From Paecilomyces variotii (Eukaryota), in NCBI GenBank assembly GCA_004022145.1, contig RCNU01000013.1: a DNA stretch of 64,000 nucleotides. One strand, 5' to 3'. Each line of letters starts with the position of its first letter. Position 1 is the stretch's first letter. This document shows, piece after piece, positions 62,148-64,000 of this stretch. The translations under genes were made by a program, and so were the position numbers. The notes under the pieces are model-generated. The model saw nothing but the letters and a program-made list of their open reading frames with translations. It did not search any database and was not told where the DNA came from.

Positions 62148-64000
62148 ATGGCGGCTGTCGCACCGACGCCGGTGACGAACGGGACTCGCGAGTCAGAGAA
62201 AGAACACAATGCAGAGCACAGTCCCCCTCGCTTCACAGCAGTGAATGGGAGAGACATCCCTGCGTCGGCCACGAATGGATCCACATCGTCTTCAAACGGC
62301 ACCTCTCATGGAAATGAAGAACGTCGAGAAGTCTACGAGGGTGGCTGGGCTACGAGCGGATATAATACGCCTATGTCACGGCAGGATGAACGTCCTCGCG
62401 ACGGGGGAAGCGCCGGGCATGATCAGGAGGACAGACAATCTCAGCGGTCACCATCACAAGGCACTTCAACAGCCACCAACAGGAATAAACGCAAAAGGTC
62501 GGAGTCCGCAGAGCGACAAGTGTCTCCGCAGAATAAGCACCAGGGCCGGAGCCTGCCAAAAAGCCCAGTGCACCGCTCCGATGACCAAGGCGATGCTCAG
62601 ATTCAAGCTTCGAGTACGAACGCGGGCTTGCCTCATCCGCTTCCAGAAGCTCAGAATCCATCAGCGAATTATCCACGGGTAGAGAGTGCCGACGAAGTCC
62701 CCCCAGCTTCAACAGGCAATCCCTGGCAAGATTATGATTCACACCTAGTTTCCCAGGCGCAACGCGCCCAGCATCTAGATACGTCTGACGCTCAGCTTGC
62801 GGAGGCTCTGCAGCGTGAGGCTCAGGGCCAAGATGCCCCTCAGAAGGGATGGAGTACTGTGAGTCGCCCAGCAGAAGGTTCCGTGGACCTCGACCAGCGT
62901 GCTCTATCAAATTATGGGCAAGATCGGTCACCGGGGGCAGCCGTTCAAGTCGGGCCCAAGAGGAAACGCGTCTTCAGCAACAGGACCAAAACTGGCTGTA
63001 TGACATGCCGGCGGCGAAAGAAGAAGTGCGACGAACAACATCCTGCTTGTAAGTTGAGCACCCCTTCCTGATCAAGCAATAACAAAGGCTCACATGGGTG
63101 GTTCAGGTAACAACTGTATTCGGGGCGGCTTCTTATGTGAAGGATACTCGTCACGAAGCACATGGCAAAAGCCATCCAGTGTACTGAAGGGTCCGATCCC
63201 TTTGCAATCGAAAGAAGGCTATCCTGATGTCACTGGCCACTATGTCCAAGAGATGAGTCCTCAGCGACCTGAAAGGCCCCCTAGTTCCGCTCAACCAGTG
63301 GAGGCGGGAAAGATGAGACCTATGGTCATCGATGACAGCGAGCGCTCTGCTCCGCAGTATGTTACCAGTCCCACAGGTACTGGAGCAAGTCGCGGATCGT
63401 GGTCGAAGCGCAGCTGGCCTGGCCCTACGGGTCACCCCGCATATGTGCCAGAGCACATGCCCGCCAAGTCGGATTATCGGGAAGTGCCTCCAATACATGA
63501 GTTATCAAGAGAAGGGCCTCCCAAGGCCGACTACAACGTGGTACCGTCTATCCGCGAACTCTCGCATCCGAAACCCGGAATGCCACTTTTCCAAGGGGTC
63601 GAGCAGCGGACGGTGCATCCGACGACTGTGGATGCAAACAGTCCGCAGGCGCAGGCAAGGATGGCCCTGAGTATTGAGCACCAGTTGTCCACGAGATCTG
63701 TCCCACACGAGGAGTCTGAAAAGGATAAAATGATCCGCGGCGAGCTTTACCGGCCCTTTGATATGCTTCTAATCGAGGAAAGGGAGCGCTGTAAAGCGGC
63801 TCTCTGGAGGTTTAACAATGTATCGAATCCTTTGTTCGCCATCAGCGCAAAGGAAAAGAACCGCTTGCTGAGAGAAATCTTTATCCCATCACCCAGCGCA
63901 GCTACGGGCTCTCCATCAAGTGGAAATGTGACTCGTCCCGCGGGGTCCATCGGCCAAGGCGCAGTGATCGAAGCACCATTCAATTGCCATTATGGATATA
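62148..64000 (+). CDS. Zn2Cys6 transcription factor fused to a maltose/galactoside O-acetyltransferase (Mac/LacA/NodL-like) domain; runs off the window end
   Basis: KRKRVFSNRTKTGCMTCRRRKKKCDEQHPAC/NNCIRGGFLCEGY (intron 63049-63106), then an open frame to ESEKDKMIRGELYRPFD...ERERCKAALWRFN...IGQGAVIEAPFNCHYGY. Confidence 0.92.

Noticed and set aside
1-64000. tRNA, rRNA, CRISPR arrays, intact transposons
   Set aside because: No cloverleaf, repeat-spacer array, transposase, reverse transcriptase or recombinase motif was recognised by eye.

Overview
Nuclear genomic DNA of a filamentous ascomycete, Eurotiales-like from protein sequences and short GT-AG introns with CTRAC branch points. About 20 intact, mostly intron-containing genes: TCP11-like (partial), CHY/RING E3 ligase, DUF1763, DUF2293, ATX1, APH-family kinase, RRN6, SPC25, SKI8/REC14, MRPL32, septin CDC10, RUD3-like golgin, CCDC25/JLP2, a 100-aa hypothetical, GUT2, ECL1, DAD2, SGO1, YPI1, CRM1, and a Zn2Cys6-acetyltransferase fusion (partial). 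There are two decayed accessory patches: 10.8-14.5 kb (TF fragment plus a monooxygenase/acetoacetate-decarboxylase pseudogene around an intact kinase) and 33.3-35.4 kb (RIP-like AT-rich DNA with an AIG2/GGCT pseudogene). The strongest unusual signal is in CCDC25/JLP2, whose conserved DVWFHVD motif can only be built through a single-nucleotide exon (G at 28444) between two complete 69-nt introns. Also notable: three GC-AG introns (one with a weak donor in CRM1) and a gene-free stretch at about 29.5-31.2 kb with + strand RNA-like hairpins. No tRNA, rRNA, CRISPR array or intact transposon was recognised. All gene identities come from recalled family motifs, not from database searches.
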